Below, in pieces: positions 19,797 to 30,454 of a stretch of 64,000 nt of DNA (position 1 is the first letter of the stretch; each line of letters begins with the position of its first letter). The notes under the pieces were generated by a model that was given only the letters and a program-made list of their open reading frames with translations, had not been told where the DNA came from and made no database searches. The position numbers and the translations under genes were made by a program. Source of the DNA: an uncultured virus (IMG/VR IMGVR_UViG_3300021256_000067) (taxonomy: Duplodnaviria; Heunggongvirae; Uroviricota; Caudoviricetes); the IMG/VR virus record IMGVR_UViG_3300021256_000067; one strand, written 5' to 3'.

Positions 19797-20582
19797 ATGG
19801 AAAATATCAAGAGCATATATTTTACAGGAGATATACATGGTAATTTTGAACCATTAGTATATTGTATAGGACAAAGATGCTTATATGACTCTGCTGTTAT
19901 TGTAGCGGGTGATATAGGTATGGGATTTTATAAGCATAATTATTATATTGACATATTTAAATATATTAATAAAAAACTTATTAAACGGAATATACATTTA
20001 TATTTTATTCGTGGAAACCATGATAACCCGGATTATTTTAATAATACTCCAGAAGATATAAAAGAGTTTTCAAATATTCATTTAGTACAGGATTATACAG
20101 TTTTACATATCAATACTTATAATATTCTTTGTGTGGGCGGAGCCACATCGGTTGATAAAAAATTCAGAACTAAAGATATAGACTGGTGGGAATTTGAAAA
20201 TGTATTGCCTTATCAAAAACTAAACTGTAAAAATATCGATATAGTAGTTACGCATTGCGCTCCGATTTTTTGCCCTCCTAAATATGAACGTATTTCATGG
20301 ATGGATGATGAACTTGATGCTAAAGCTCAAGAAGATCGAAGGCTACTTGCTCAATTATATTTTGATTTAATTAAAGAGAATAAACCTAAATACTGGTTTT
20401 ATGGTCATTATCATAAATCTTATGAATCCAGACTTCCGAATAATGAAGAATTTTCTGAGTATGAAATAAACTTACTCATGTCAGGAAATCTTATAGATAA
20501 TATAGAATATTTTGAAAATATATGTAAATTTATCGGATTAGATATGATTGACAGAAATAAAATAGATTTATATAAAATATGA
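19797..20582 (+). CDS. Calcineurin-like metallophosphoesterase
   Basis: GDIHG, AGD, RGNHD, THCAP, GHYH. Confidence 0.9.
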   Translation: MENIKSIYFTGDIHGNFEPLVYCIGQRCLYDSAVIVAGDIGMGFYKHNYYIDIFKYINKKLIKRNIHLYFIRGNHDNPDYFNNTPEDIKEFSNIHLVQDYTVLHINTYNILCVGGATSVDKKFRTKDIDWWEFENVLPYQKLNCKNIDIVVTHCAPIFCPPKYERISWMDDELDAKAQEDRRLLAQLYFDLIKENKPKYWFYGHYHKSYESRLPNNEEFSEYEINLLMSGNLIDNIEYFENICKFIGLDMIDRNKIDLYKI

Positions 20583-21166
20583 TTTCAGAAGCTATATATC
20601 AATTGACTAAAGTGGTTATATGTCCGGAACATATATTGGAAAATAAGATTTATTGCACATCTTGGGAATCTGGATATTTTGAGAGTACTATTTTAGCTGA
20701 GGAATTTATCAGAAAACATAATGATACAAAAAACTGTTTCTTTATATTAAAGTCTTATATTTTTAATCCTGCCCATAATTCTCAATGTGGAGATTTTATT
20801 ACAGAAAGGATATATGACCATAAAGGAGATATATTATGTGATTGCCCTACACATCATTTTATTATCAATAAAAAGAATTTATTAGGACAAACTGATGTAG
20901 TATTTAAAGGGAGAGATGATAATAGATTCAAGAAGGGAGATATTGCATGGTTTTATAATTCATATGAGGAAGCATTAGAAAAATGTGTAATCGGAGAAAT
21001 TCCATGGACCACAGAAAAAGTGAAGGAACATAAAGATACATTACTTGAATGGTATGACGACAGTTATCTTATATATCCTGTAACAGATAATAAAAACCAT
21101 CAACATATTATAAGCTGTTATATGTTTACAGATGATTTTATTAAATCACATGTTTCAAAATGTTAA
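20579..21166 (+). CDS. Hypothetical protein
   Basis: Intact ORF with ATGA overlap to the upstream gene. Confidence 0.65.
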   Translation: MISEAIYQLTKVVICPEHILENKIYCTSWESGYFESTILAEEFIRKHNDTKNCFFILKSYIFNPAHNSQCGDFITERIYDHKGDILCDCPTHHFIINKKNLLGQTDVVFKGRDDNRFKKGDIAWFYNSYEEALEKCVIGEIPWTTEKVKEHKDTLLEWYDDSYLIYPVTDNKNHQHIISCYMFTDDFIKSHVSKC

Positions 21167-21214
21167 ATTAATTTAAAAAACATTCAAATATTTTTTTATA
21201 TTAAAAATTATCTA

Positions 21215-21222
21215 TAATTTTG
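21215..21222 (+). promoter_or_regulatory. Bacteroidota -7 promoter element
   Basis: TAATTTTG at the head of the small-gene cluster starting at 21271. Confidence 0.5.
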
Positions 21223-21270
21223 TAATCAGAACAGACAATAGTTTTTATTAATTTATTAAAAAATAAAATT

Positions 21271-21489
21271 ATGTTTACATTAAGCGACACAGACATTTGT
21301 ATAATTATTGGAACATGCGTAAGTGCAGATACATGTATCAATGAAGAGGCATGCGAAGCAAATATCGAATGTCTTTCAAGACTTAAAACGGAATTAACCC
21401 CGAAACAGTTGGAGAAGTATAATGAACAGATTGAAGGATCTATAGAAATTATCCAGAAAGAATTGGAGGCATTCAGAACAGAAAAATAA
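21271..21489 (+). CDS. Small hypothetical protein
   Basis: A-rich 5' leader, intact ORF. Confidence 0.6.
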   Translation: MFTLSDTDICIIIGTCVSADTCINEEACEANIECLSRLKTELTPKQLEKYNEQIEGSIEIIQKELEAFRTEK

Positions 21490-21501
21490 AAATTAAAAAT
21501 T

Positions 21502-21888
21502 ATGAAAAAGACAATTTTAACAATAGTAATTATTATTTTAAGTGTTTGCGGAACTATTAATATATTCGCGAACCACCAAGTAAGAGCGACAAAGTATTAT
21601 GCCGGACACGGCTGTGGGTGGATAACAGCAGATGGCAGCAGAATTAATAACACTAAAGTAAATTCTGGCGAACACCGATGGGTGGCATTATCTCCAGATA
21701 TGTTTAAAAAAGGTTATAAACTCGGTGATCGTATTTATGTAGAGTCAGATAATCCAAGACTTAAAGGCGAATGGGTAGTTAAAGATAAGATGGCTCCCAG
21801 GATTAAGAATGGTATTGATTTCTTGATGACTCGTGAAAACAGTAAGGCGTTTACAAATCCATGTAAAGTAACTATCAGAAAAATATAA
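21502..21888 (+). CDS. Secreted 3D/RlpA-like (double-psi beta-barrel) domain protein
   Basis: Signal peptide; ATKY...TADG...VALSPD...VKDKM...IDFL. Confidence 0.65.
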   Translation: MKKTILTIVIIILSVCGTINIFANHQVRATKYYAGHGCGWITADGSRINNTKVNSGEHRWVALSPDMFKKGYKLGDRIYVESDNPRLKGEWVVKDKMAPRIKNGIDFLMTRENSKAFTNPCKVTIRKI

Positions 21889-21893
21889 TTAAA

Positions 21894-22193
21894 ATGCTTA
21901 CTCTTTTAATATTATTATATTTTCTTATAAGTGTATGGGACCTTTTATTAATTTATAATATATTACAAGGTCCTATAAATCCTTGGATGCTGAGAGCTAT
22001 TATCCCCAAGGTAATTCATCACGAAGAATTGTTTCCATGGGGGTTTTCAGAAGACCGACCAAGATCATATTATGCTATAGTTGATAATAAATGGGCTAGG
22101 ATAATATCATTTATTCCAATCTACAATTTAATATGGATGATACATACCGAACATTTACTGCATAAATTTGGATATAGTCAAATTAAAGAATAA
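21894..22193 (+). CDS. Small membrane protein
   Basis: Hydrophobic N-terminus and FIPIYNL segment. Confidence 0.55.
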   Translation: MLTLLILLYFLISVWDLLLIYNILQGPINPWMLRAIIPKVIHHEELFPWGFSEDRPRSYYAIVDNKWARIISFIPIYNLIWMIHTEHLLHKFGYSQIKE

Positions 22194-22197
22194 TTTT

Positions 22198-22629
22198 ATG
22201 GAAAATAATTATATTGTACCGGGATTTAATCCTGAACATTCTTCTTTATGGGAAGAGCTAGATAAGCTGAATAAAAAAGATACGGATATCATATTTGATA
22301 CACCGGACATTAGAAAAGAGTTTCATGTTAAAGAAATGGAAATTTATTTCAGTATTTCTACCAGTAAATTTTATATTACCCTTGGTAAAATTGTAATGGA
22401 AACTCTGAATAATGGATATGGAACTTTATTCATGGAAGAACTTTGTAAATGGTGTGATGAACATCGAAAATGTTTATGCTTAACACCTGATGATTCTTTT
22501 GGATCTGATATAATCAGATTAAAAAAATTTTATAAAAAATTCGGATTTATTTTAAACAAAGGAAGAAAAAAGCTCTTTGATATTAAAGAAACATATTATC
22601 GTTTACCAAAAAATTTATTTTTTACATAA
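22198..22629 (+). CDS. GNAT-family acetyltransferase-like protein
   Basis: NNGYGTLFMEEL...LKKFYKKFGF. ATG 22198 preferred over TTG 22168. Confidence 0.65.
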   Translation: MENNYIVPGFNPEHSSLWEELDKLNKKDTDIIFDTPDIRKEFHVKEMEIYFSISTSKFYITLGKIVMETLNNGYGTLFMEELCKWCDEHRKCLCLTPDDSFGSDIIRLKKFYKKFGFILNKGRKKLFDIKETYYRLPKNLFFT

Positions 22630-22631
22630 TC

Positions 22632-23024
22632 ATGGAAAGTGAATTATTTTTAGATTTTGCAGGGATGAGTGGACATATTGGGAATGATTATTCCCAATAT
22701 AAAGATTTACATACTTATGTTGATAGGCCAGATGATTATCATAAAAAATTATATGATGAAAAACGAGTTCTTAATTATGCATATTTTTACGAGTGGGATG
22801 AATGGGAAGAAGAAACAATTAATGAGAAACTGGATTATCTGCACAGATTGATTATGCAGGAAATTATTGATTTCTGCGATCGTAATAAGATTAATGCTGA
22901 TTATGTCTCATTAGAAGCCGATAGGCTTATGGATTCAATTAAAGTTAGAGTATGGCATCCTGGAACAGATTCATCTTTAGTTTTATTAGATGAAAATCAA
23001 GAAGTTATTCTTGAATCTTTATAA
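22632..23024 (+). CDS. Hypothetical protein
   Basis: Intact co-oriented ORF in a tightly packed cluster. Confidence 0.6.
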   Translation: MESELFLDFAGMSGHIGNDYSQYKDLHTYVDRPDDYHKKLYDEKRVLNYAYFYEWDEWEEETINEKLDYLHRLIMQEIIDFCDRNKINADYVSLEADRLMDSIKVRVWHPGTDSSLVLLDENQEVILESL

Positions 23025-23052
23025 ACTATTTAATATTTTTTAGTTTAATAAT
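23022..23052 (+). promoter_or_regulatory. Putative middle promoter TAAAC-N16-GTTTAATAAT
   Basis: Upstream of ATG 23074; spacer is one base shorter than the consensus. Confidence 0.45.
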
Positions 23053-23073
23053 TATAATTAAAATCTATTTAAT

Positions 23074-23742
23074 ATGAGTAATTATATTACACGAAGAAAG
23101 ATTATTGAACAGGCTTGCCATGATTTGCTCAAAGAATTATATATGCGGGCGCAGCCAGCTGTAAATATTGATACTTATGTTGACTGTTATAAAAGAGGAA
23201 TTTTAGATAAGGATAAGGATCATTGTTATGAATGGCATTATCTTCCCGCAGAAGTTGAGGAGCAGATTGTAAATGATTATCTTGTGGCGTATAATGCGGA
23301 TGATCAATTTAAGAAATGGGCGCAAGAGTTGATAGATAAATTTAAGAATGGCGGTTATAGAACTGTTTATAAAGATATATTCAATACCGGAGAAAAAGTA
23401 CGTACCGGGGAAGAAACTGAGAAACTAAATGAATTAATCGGAGATGAGAATGCTGATAAAGTATACAATCTTATCAATGAGTTTCTTAATTTTTATCGTA
23501 CTAATATGGATGAACATTCGATTCGCTGGATGGTCATGCAAGGGCCCACAAGCAATCCCGAAACAGTAATCGCCAAATGGGGAGATAAAGTTAAGATTGA
23601 CGACAGTGTATATAAAGGATATGATGATGAAACTTGGGATTATACATATAAAGATTATTATGACGGACGAGTATCAGATGAGTATCTTGAGGCACTTGAA
23701 TGGGAAAAAGCAGAAAAAGAAAATAATGAAATTTTAGAATAA
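23074..23742 (+). CDS. Hypothetical protein
   Basis: Intact 222-aa ORF. Confidence 0.7.
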   Translation: MSNYITRRKIIEQACHDLLKELYMRAQPAVNIDTYVDCYKRGILDKDKDHCYEWHYLPAEVEEQIVNDYLVAYNADDQFKKWAQELIDKFKNGGYRTVYKDIFNTGEKVRTGEETEKLNELIGDENADKVYNLINEFLNFYRTNMDEHSIRWMVMQGPTSNPETVIAKWGDKVKIDDSVYKGYDDETWDYTYKDYYDGRVSDEYLEALEWEKAEKENNEILE

Positions 23743-23760
23743 TTTATAAAAATAGATATT

Positions 23761-24168
23761 ATGGATTTTAATGAACATATATCTTTTAGACTGGCTAAAG
23801 AATTTGCAGAATATGGATATGACAAATATTCATCTGAACAATATTATAAAAAATTTGACAAATATTGGAAGACTACATTTAGTATTGAAGAATGTGCATT
23901 AACTGAATTAATGCTTGGAGAGAAATTTATTTATGCTCCTACAGTTAATGAATTATTGAACTATATAAATTCTTTTGGGTGGATTTTAACTGTATTATAT
24001 AATATGGATATGAACAGTTATTATTTTATAGTTCAGAATAAAAATACTAAGTATATATACAAACAGCCTCCATGTCCAGAAATGGATAATGAAAAAGAGA
24101 TGTATGAATGGGGATTTGAACATATATTAAATAGATTAAGTAATGGAGACGACTCTGAAGAAATATAA
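23761..24168 (+). CDS. Hypothetical phage protein
   Basis: HISFRLAK...YAPTVNEL pattern seen in Bacteroidota phage accessory proteins. Confidence 0.65.
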   Translation: MDFNEHISFRLAKEFAEYGYDKYSSEQYYKKFDKYWKTTFSIEECALTELMLGEKFIYAPTVNELLNYINSFGWILTVLYNMDMNSYYFIVQNKNTKYIYKQPPCPEMDNEKEMYEWGFEHILNRLSNGDDSEEI

Positions 24169-24787
24169 TTATTCAAAAATTAAATACCTGCAATTTTCAG
24201 TGGAAAGCGAATTTGAAGGTATAAAGTTTCAAGATATAATTATTAATCTGGAAACAGATAGGATTGAAGGCGGATATCTTACATTGGGCGAGACAGATGA
24301 TCCATTCAAAGAGACATATAATCTTAATGAATGTCCAGAAAATTATGAAAAATTTAAAGAATTATTAAAACCCAATTTTGTATTATGTGCTAAAATTACA
24401 AATGATGGAGAATATTTTCTTTTAGATGAAAAATGCAATAAGATATATGAATGTATTGGGCATATTCCTCGTTTGATGGATTTTTATAATATTCGCCCCA
24501 GCGAAGGAGTTTATTTTTGTTTATGTATAAAAGAAAATAAACTTTTAAGAGTTTCTGAAGAAAACAAGAAAAAGGGTAAAGTTTTATATAATTCTGATGA
24601 CGACTGGAATCTTTTATCTTCAAACATTAATTTACCAGAAATGTCACAAGACTATATAGATGGTTGGAATGATGGATTTATGTCTCTTGAAGCTGCAATG
24701 GAAGATTTACTTACAGAATATATTCCCAAGATTGTATCTGAAGTTATTTCAGTTTTAGGCAATATAAATAATAAAACTGTAAATTAA
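24143..24787 (+). CDS. Hypothetical protein
   Basis: Intact ORF overlapping the upstream gene. Confidence 0.6.
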   Translation: METTLKKYNYSKIKYLQFSVESEFEGIKFQDIIINLETDRIEGGYLTLGETDDPFKETYNLNECPENYEKFKELLKPNFVLCAKITNDGEYFLLDEKCNKIYECIGHIPRLMDFYNIRPSEGVYFCLCIKENKLLRVSEENKKKGKVLYNSDDDWNLLSSNINLPEMSQDYIDGWNDGFMSLEAAMEDLLTEYIPKIVSEVISVLGNINNKTVN

Positions 24788-24792
24788 TAATA

Positions 24793-25110
24793 ATGAATAT
24801 AATAGGTAAAATAAAAAAGATTTTATTTCCAGAAAAATATGAAATTATTATAGACAATTCCGGATTTTTTAAAGCCGTAGTGTTAGAGCACTTTGATAAG
24901 GCAAAAGAAGGTAAAGAAGTTATTATAGAACGTGTTACAGAACTTCCTAAGAATATGATAAGATCATCTGGAAGCATCATAGTAATAGACGAGGACAAGA
25001 ATAATATTGACGTCATAACGACAGAGCAGGGTATACAATGGAAATTCATTATGCCTGCAAAAAGTGTGACAGTTATTCCGACAGCAAAACGTAAAAGAAC
25101 AACAATATGA
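24793..25110 (+). CDS. Hypothetical protein
   Basis: Intact ORF in the cluster. Confidence 0.55.
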   Translation: MNIIGKIKKILFPEKYEIIIDNSGFFKAVVLEHFDKAKEGKEVIIERVTELPKNMIRSSGSIIVIDEDKNNIDVITTEQGIQWKFIMPAKSVTVIPTAKRKRTTI

Positions 25111-25385
25111 TTTCAAAAGAATTAGAATATAAGATAAAAATGCGGCAGAAAGCCAATATGGAAATTCTCAGGGTACTAAAAGAATATCTTGAGAATTATC
25201 CAGATATGCGTTTCGGTCAGGCGCTAATGAATTTAGATATACTGCATTATAAGAATTCTAAATATGAAAATTCTGATTCTTATAATGTACAGGATCCATT
25301 CAATTATGAATCTGTAGATATGCTGACATATATACAGAAGAGACATGGACATCAAATAAAAATCAATGATATCAGAGAACTTTAA
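25107..25385 (+). CDS. Hypothetical phage protein (YPDMRFGQ motif)
   Basis: YLENYPDMRFGQAL...DPFNYES. Confidence 0.65.
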   Translation: MISKELEYKIKMRQKANMEILRVLKEYLENYPDMRFGQALMNLDILHYKNSKYENSDSYNVQDPFNYESVDMLTYIQKRHGHQIKINDIREL

Positions 25386-25397
25386 AAATATTTCATC

Positions 25398-26003
25398 ATG
25401 TCAACAAATTATTACATCAGAAAAAAACCATCTGAAGAACAGATTGCAGAATTAAAAAAACTTATAGATTTATCGGCAAAAGGTGAAGAATTTAATACAA
25501 TTCTGTCTAAAGCTCATAAATTATATGATTTGCCGGATAAATGGGATGCTTCTGATAATTGGGGAGTTTTACATATTGGTCATCGTTGTGACAGATGGAA
25601 ATTTACCTGGTGTCCTAATTTAATTACTATAAATTCATCTTATATGAATGAAAATAATGAGTATATTACTAAGTTTGAACATAAAACCAGGTATCCATTA
25701 ACTAAACAAGGCATTCATGATTTTATTATGAATGATAATTATGTTGTAGTTAATGAATATAATGAAATTTTAGATAAAAAAGAATTTCTTGAAATGGCTT
25801 TTAACTGGGAACCAGATGGTTATAATTCTGTAAGTTATATAAAAGCTTCTGCCGAGAATTCTATGACATCTTCATCATTAGCTTGGTCATTTATTAGGGA
25901 ACAAGAACCTTTTAAAGAATTGGGATATACATTTGAATTACAGAATCAAACAGATTTTGAATCTGATGGTTTACGTTTTACAATTCTTGAAGATTTTATA
26001 TAA
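25398..26003 (+). CDS. Hypothetical phage protein
   Basis: MSTNYY...LHIGHR...WKF pattern. Confidence 0.65.
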   Translation: MSTNYYIRKKPSEEQIAELKKLIDLSAKGEEFNTILSKAHKLYDLPDKWDASDNWGVLHIGHRCDRWKFTWCPNLITINSSYMNENNEYITKFEHKTRYPLTKQGIHDFIMNDNYVVVNEYNEILDKKEFLEMAFNWEPDGYNSVSYIKASAENSMTSSSLAWSFIREQEPFKELGYTFELQNQTDFESDGLRFTILEDFI

Positions 26004-26022
26004 TAAAATAAAGAATAACAAT

Positions 26023-26262
26023 ATGAGAGATTTTTTTGATGATTATGCTTGGACATATGGTTGTGGAGCATGTTTAGGATTATTATTTTTTTCTGTTTGT
26101 GTAAGTGCATTACTTGCATGGATTGTTATGTTATTATGGAATTGGCTTGCTCCTCTCTTTTGGCAAGCTGCCCCAATTTTAACATTTTGGCAGTCATGGG
26201 GAATCATGTTCTTATTGGCATTAATTGGTAATATACTATTTAAACGAAATGGAAGTAATTAA
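26023..26262 (+). CDS. Small membrane protein
   Basis: AWIVMLLWNW...LTFWQSWG with two hydrophobic segments; ATG 26023. Confidence 0.65.
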   Translation: MRDFFDDYAWTYGCGACLGLLFFSVCVSALLAWIVMLLWNWLAPLFWQAAPILTFWQSWGIMFLLALIGNILFKRNGSN

Positions 26263-26270
26263 TATAATTT

Positions 26271-27365
26271 ATGAAATTTCCGATATCATATAATAAAAAA
26301 TCAATGACATTGCGGATAAAAATAGGCAAATACACTAAATATCTGCAGTGTCCATTTGCCACATGGTGGAAAGCCAGAAAATATTTTAAAAGACCGAAAT
26401 TTAAATTTTATTTTGGACCAACATGTAAAATTCACGGCAAAAAAGAATCTAAATTTAGAGAATATCTAGATTATACACAGAAAGGTATATGGCCGATGGC
26501 TTCTACTGAATATCTAAAATGGATGACTCCAAAATGGTTTCCTATTTATGTAATGAGCTGGGATATAGCTTGGAAAGATAAAATGGATGATCCTCGGTTT
26601 GAAAATGACGGATATTTTATTATATTTTTCGGCAGGAATTATCATACTTGTTGGCAGTTTTCATTTTCAGTAAGTGCGCCAGAAGTATATTGCAATAATG
26701 ATTGTACATCTAAGGATTTTGAAGATAATTATTGGGAAAGTATATTATGGTATCTTTATTATGCGCACAAGTATAATAAACCTGTTGACATAAATACCCG
26801 GAAAGGAACTAGAACCTATGAAGATGTAACATGTAATATAGTTAAGGCTCGGGATACTATGAGAACTAATCATTGGTCACGTAATGAAACTACAGACATA
26901 AATGATTGTTCAACTGTTTTGAATTTCGGATTTGAGAAACTTAATATGGGGCTTGGTTATGATAAGGAATTTTTCTTTGTCGACATTAAATCTGATAAGT
27001 TGTTTAATATATTGAATATATCAAAATATGAACTTCATAATAATATGATATGTTCAGATATTGATGTAGCTATAAGTATAAAAGATAATCATAAAAATGA
27101 AGAAGATATAAAAATAGGTAAAAGTGTATTTGAGACTTCTAAATATCTTCGCATTGTAATTGATAAGAATTCAGATAATAATTATGAATTAATCCGTCTT
27201 TATTTTAATAATTATAATGGAAAATTGGCGGATAGATTTATACATGATAATTACACAGATATTGAATTTTCATATATCCGTAATTTTGATTTAGGACCTT
27301 CTTTTAAAGATGAATTCCTGAATAAAAACGGAGTAAAGGAAATCAGAAAATATAATAAGGAATAA
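26271..27365 (+). CDS. Hypothetical protein
   Basis: Intact 364-aa ORF, Trp-rich N-terminal half. Confidence 0.65.
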   Translation: MKFPISYNKKSMTLRIKIGKYTKYLQCPFATWWKARKYFKRPKFKFYFGPTCKIHGKKESKFREYLDYTQKGIWPMASTEYLKWMTPKWFPIYVMSWDIAWKDKMDDPRFENDGYFIIFFGRNYHTCWQFSFSVSAPEVYCNNDCTSKDFEDNYWESILWYLYYAHKYNKPVDINTRKGTRTYEDVTCNIVKARDTMRTNHWSRNETTDINDCSTVLNFGFEKLNMGLGYDKEFFFVDIKSDKLFNILNISKYELHNNMICSDIDVAISIKDNHKNEEDIKIGKSVFETSKYLRIVIDKNSDNNYELIRLYFNNYNGKLADRFIHDNYTDIEFSYIRNFDLGPSFKDEFLNKNGVKEIRKYNKE

Positions 27366-27367
27366 AA

Positions 27368-28180
27368 ATGGATCCAGAACAATTAACAGGTAAAGAAAAG
27401 GCATTAAATAAAGGTATAGCAACAGAGAATAAATTTTTTATAGATAATAATCCTTCTAATAAAACTCTGCAGGCGACGAAAACATCGGAATTTATGGATA
27501 AGTATATGGGCATTGACGCGGAAATTATATGGAATCCGATTAATGGAGGGAAAGTATTTTTTACTGGAGATATAAAATCAACTACTAGATTTTCAAAAAT
27601 TCCTGAAGATATATACATAGAAAATGAGGATTACAGAAAAACAAGATATATACTCATAGCATATGAAGATGCCCAAGTATCTATGATGCCCAGTACATTT
27701 TTTAAAACAGAAGCAGATTATTTTATTGTATGGCTTCAATATTATAATATGAATTATAGAAGCGGCAAAAATGAATTATGGAGTGGTTGGTATTTTTATA
27801 AGTATGATGTAATGTTTAATTTATGTTTATACGGAACACCGGATAAACCTTCATTTCAAACTAATGAAGAAGAACATGACTATATAATTAAAAGATTACA
27901 TACATTAAATAGTGAACCTAAATTAACTGATGTATGGTTGCGAGGAGGCTATAATAGAGATAGAACAAAAGAAAAAAAGATAACTTCTAAATTATTCGCA
28001 ATACCTGTAAATTTATTTTTTGATTATTGGACATTCGTGAATAAAGGTCCAGCATATCTAGGATTATGGTCTACAAATAAAGAAAAATTTTTACATACAA
28101 ACAAATATTATAGAAGAGGTAAAGGATATAATAGTGATGTATATAGAGAGTATACAGATATTCTTGATAAAAATTTTTAA
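27368..28180 (+). CDS. Hypothetical protein, possible PD-(D/E)xK nuclease fold
   Basis: GIDA...GDIKS...EADY pattern; the fold call is weak. Confidence 0.4.
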   Translation: MDPEQLTGKEKALNKGIATENKFFIDNNPSNKTLQATKTSEFMDKYMGIDAEIIWNPINGGKVFFTGDIKSTTRFSKIPEDIYIENEDYRKTRYILIAYEDAQVSMMPSTFFKTEADYFIVWLQYYNMNYRSGKNELWSGWYFYKYDVMFNLCLYGTPDKPSFQTNEEEHDYIIKRLHTLNSEPKLTDVWLRGGYNRDRTKEKKITSKLFAIPVNLFFDYWTFVNKGPAYLGLWSTNKEKFLHTNKYYRRGKGYNSDVYREYTDILDKNF

Positions 28181-28191
28181 AGACTAATATT

Positions 28192-28587
28192 ATGGAATCA
28201 TATAATGATATTTTAAATTTCACAAAAGCTCTTATTGAGAATTCAAAAGACTGTGAGCTTATTGAAGAAGGAAATGAATTCGCATTGATTATTCATTTTA
28301 ATAACTGCACTTGCTGGATTGCTACAGTTTCTCCGTCAGAAGAAAATGAAGGATATGATATATCTTTAAATATTAAATCTCCCCATGCGAATGAAGCTAA
28401 TATAAGTTATGATATATTATCTCTTCTTTCTGATGAAAGACGACAAGTTCATTCATCTTGGGAAGACAATGATTTACTTCCATTGACAAAAAATAATATT
28501 AAGCTTATAATCGATATGTCTATTTCCTGGAAACTTATGCAGGAAAAATTTAATAAATTAAATTTTTATAACTTTATAAATATTTAA
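28192..28587 (+). CDS. Hypothetical protein
   Basis: Intact ORF before a terminator. Confidence 0.6.
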   Translation: MESYNDILNFTKALIENSKDCELIEEGNEFALIIHFNNCTCWIATVSPSEENEGYDISLNIKSPHANEANISYDILSLLSDERRQVHSSWEDNDLLPLTKNNIKLIIDMSISWKLMQEKFNKLNFYNFINI

Positions 28588-28619
28588 AATTAATAGAACT
28601 AACAAAAATAAAAATAATT

Positions 28620-28653
28620 AAATGAGAAATTTTTAATAAAATTTCTCATTTTT
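28620..28653 (+). terminator. Intrinsic terminator
   Basis: aaatgagaaatttt/aaaatttctcattt stem plus T tract. Confidence 0.7.
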
Positions 28654-28708
28654 GTTTATATAATTAATGGTATAAGAAATAAATATTTTAAAATTATATA
28701 ATATATAA

Positions 28709-30454
28709 ATGCCTTACAGTTCTCAAAATAAATATTCACAAATTGTCCAATTTACTTATAATAAAACTCCTTATGACAGTTATAATACAGCTATACAAAT
28801 GATAGCTAAAAAAAATTTAATGGCAGGTGAACCAGCTGTATGTTTTTATAAAAATAATAAAGGAGATTTAAGATTATTATTAGCTATTGGAACTGTCCAC
28901 GGATCAGAATCACCTCTTATTCTTTCAGAAAATGGCAATTCGGCAGAATTATACGCCCGCATTGAAGAAATAGAAGATATATTAAATTCTTATTATAATA
29001 AAAATTATATAAATTCCAATTATTACACTAAATCTAAAGTTTATTCTAAATCTGAAACTTATTCTAAATCCGAAACAGGAAATATATTAAATTTTTATTA
29101 TGATAAGAATTATATAAATTCCAATTATTACACTAAGTCTGAGCTTAATACTTTAATTCCAGATGAAACAGATTTATCTGATTACTATACCAAAAATGAA
29201 ATAGGAAATATATTAAATTTTTATTATGATAAGAATTATATAAATTCCAATTATTACACTAAGTCTGAGGTTGATGCGTTAATTCCTGAACCAACTGATC
29301 TTTCAGATTATTATACCAAATCAGAAGTTAATGAATTAATCCCTGAACCAACTGACCTTTCAGATTATTATACTAAATCAGAAGTTTATACTAAATCGGA
29401 GGTTTATACCAAATTAGAAGTTAATGAATTAATCCCAGATGAAACAGATTTATCGGATTATTACACCAAGTCTGAGGTTGATGAATTAATTCCTGAACCA
29501 ACCGACCTTTCAAATTACTACACCAAGTCTGAGGTTGACGTATTAATTCCTGAACCAACTGACCTTTCAGATTATTATACCAAATCAGAGGTTTACACTA
29601 AATCAGAAGTTAATGAATTAATCCCAGATGAAACAGATTTATCGGATTATTATACTAAATCAGAGGTTGCCGCATTGATTCCAGGAGATCCAGATTTATC
29701 TGACTACTATACTAAGTCTGAGGTTTACACTAAATCAGAAGTTAATGAATTAATCCCAGATGAAACAGATTTATCGGATTATTACACTAAGTCTGAGGTT
29801 GATAATACATTAAATTCATATACTACAGTAGATACAGTAAGTATTATGATTGCTCAAGCTCAATTAGAACCTGGAACAATTGATATAAGTAATTATTATA
29901 CCAAATCAGAGGTTGATGCGTTAATTCCAGAAGATCCAGATTTATCGGATTATTACACTAAGTCTGAGGTTTACACTAAGTCTGAGGTTGACGCATTAAT
30001 TCCAGAACCAACTGATCTTTCAAATTATTACACTAAATCTGAGACTTACACTAAATCAGAAGTTAATGAATTAATCCCAGATGAAACAGATTTATCGGAT
30101 TATTACACTAAGTCTGAGGTTGATGCGTTAATTCCAGAACCAACTGATCTTTCAAATTATTACACTAAATCTGAGACTTACACTAAATCAGAGGTTAATG
30201 AATTAATTCCAGATGAAACAGATTTATCCGATTACTATACTAAATCAGAAGTTGATGAATTAATTCCAGAACCAACCGACCTTTCAGATTATTATACCAA
30301 ATCAGAAGTTGAAAATTATGTTAATCAAGAAATATCAAATATTCCTACTGGAGGAAGTACTAATTTAAATTATGAAATTATATCTCAATCTGATTATGAT
30401 GATGAAGATTTTACTCCTGATGAAAATAAAATATATTTTATATATAATAACTAA
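28709..30454 (+). CDS. Repeat-rich virion fibre-like protein (DLSDYYTKSE repeats)
   Basis: Many PEPTDLSDYYTKSEVDALI units; C-terminal SQSDYD...DENKIYFI typical of fibre proteins; late box 28678-28685. Confidence 0.7.
   Translation: MPYSSQNKYSQIVQFTYNKTPYDSYNTAIQMIAKKNLMAGEPAVCFYKNNKGDLRLLLAIGTVHGSESPLILSENGNSAELYARIEEIEDILNSYYNKNYINSNYYTKSKVYSKSETYSKSETGNILNFYYDKNYINSNYYTKSELNTLIPDETDLSDYYTKNEIGNILNFYYDKNYINSNYYTKSEVDALIPEPTDLSDYYTKSEVNELIPEPTDLSDYYTKSEVYTKSEVYTKLEVNELIPDETDLSDYYTKSEVDELIPEPTDLSNYYTKSEVDVLIPEPTDLSDYYTKSEVYTKSEVNELIPDETDLSDYYTKSEVAALIPGDPDLSDYYTKSEVYTKSEVNELIPDETDLSDYYTKSEVDNTLNSYTTVDTVSIMIAQAQLEPGTIDISNYYTKSEVDALIPEDPDLSDYYTKSEVYTKSEVDALIPEPTDLSNYYTKSETYTKSEVNELIPDETDLSDYYTKSEVDALIPEPTDLSNYYTKSETYTKSEVNELIPDETDLSDYYTKSEVDELIPEPTDLSDYYTKSEVENYVNQEISNIPTGGSTNLNYEIISQSDYDDEDFTPDENKIYFIYNN
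28980..30320 (+). repeat. In-frame tandem repeat array (about 57-nt units with optional 18-nt YTKSEV inserts)
   Basis: Recurrent gattattacactaagtctgaggtt / ttaatcccagatgaaacagatttatc units. Confidence 0.9.

Noticed and set aside
28980..30320. CRISPR array
   Set aside because: The repeats are in-frame coding units with synonymous variation and no unique spacers, and no cas genes are present.
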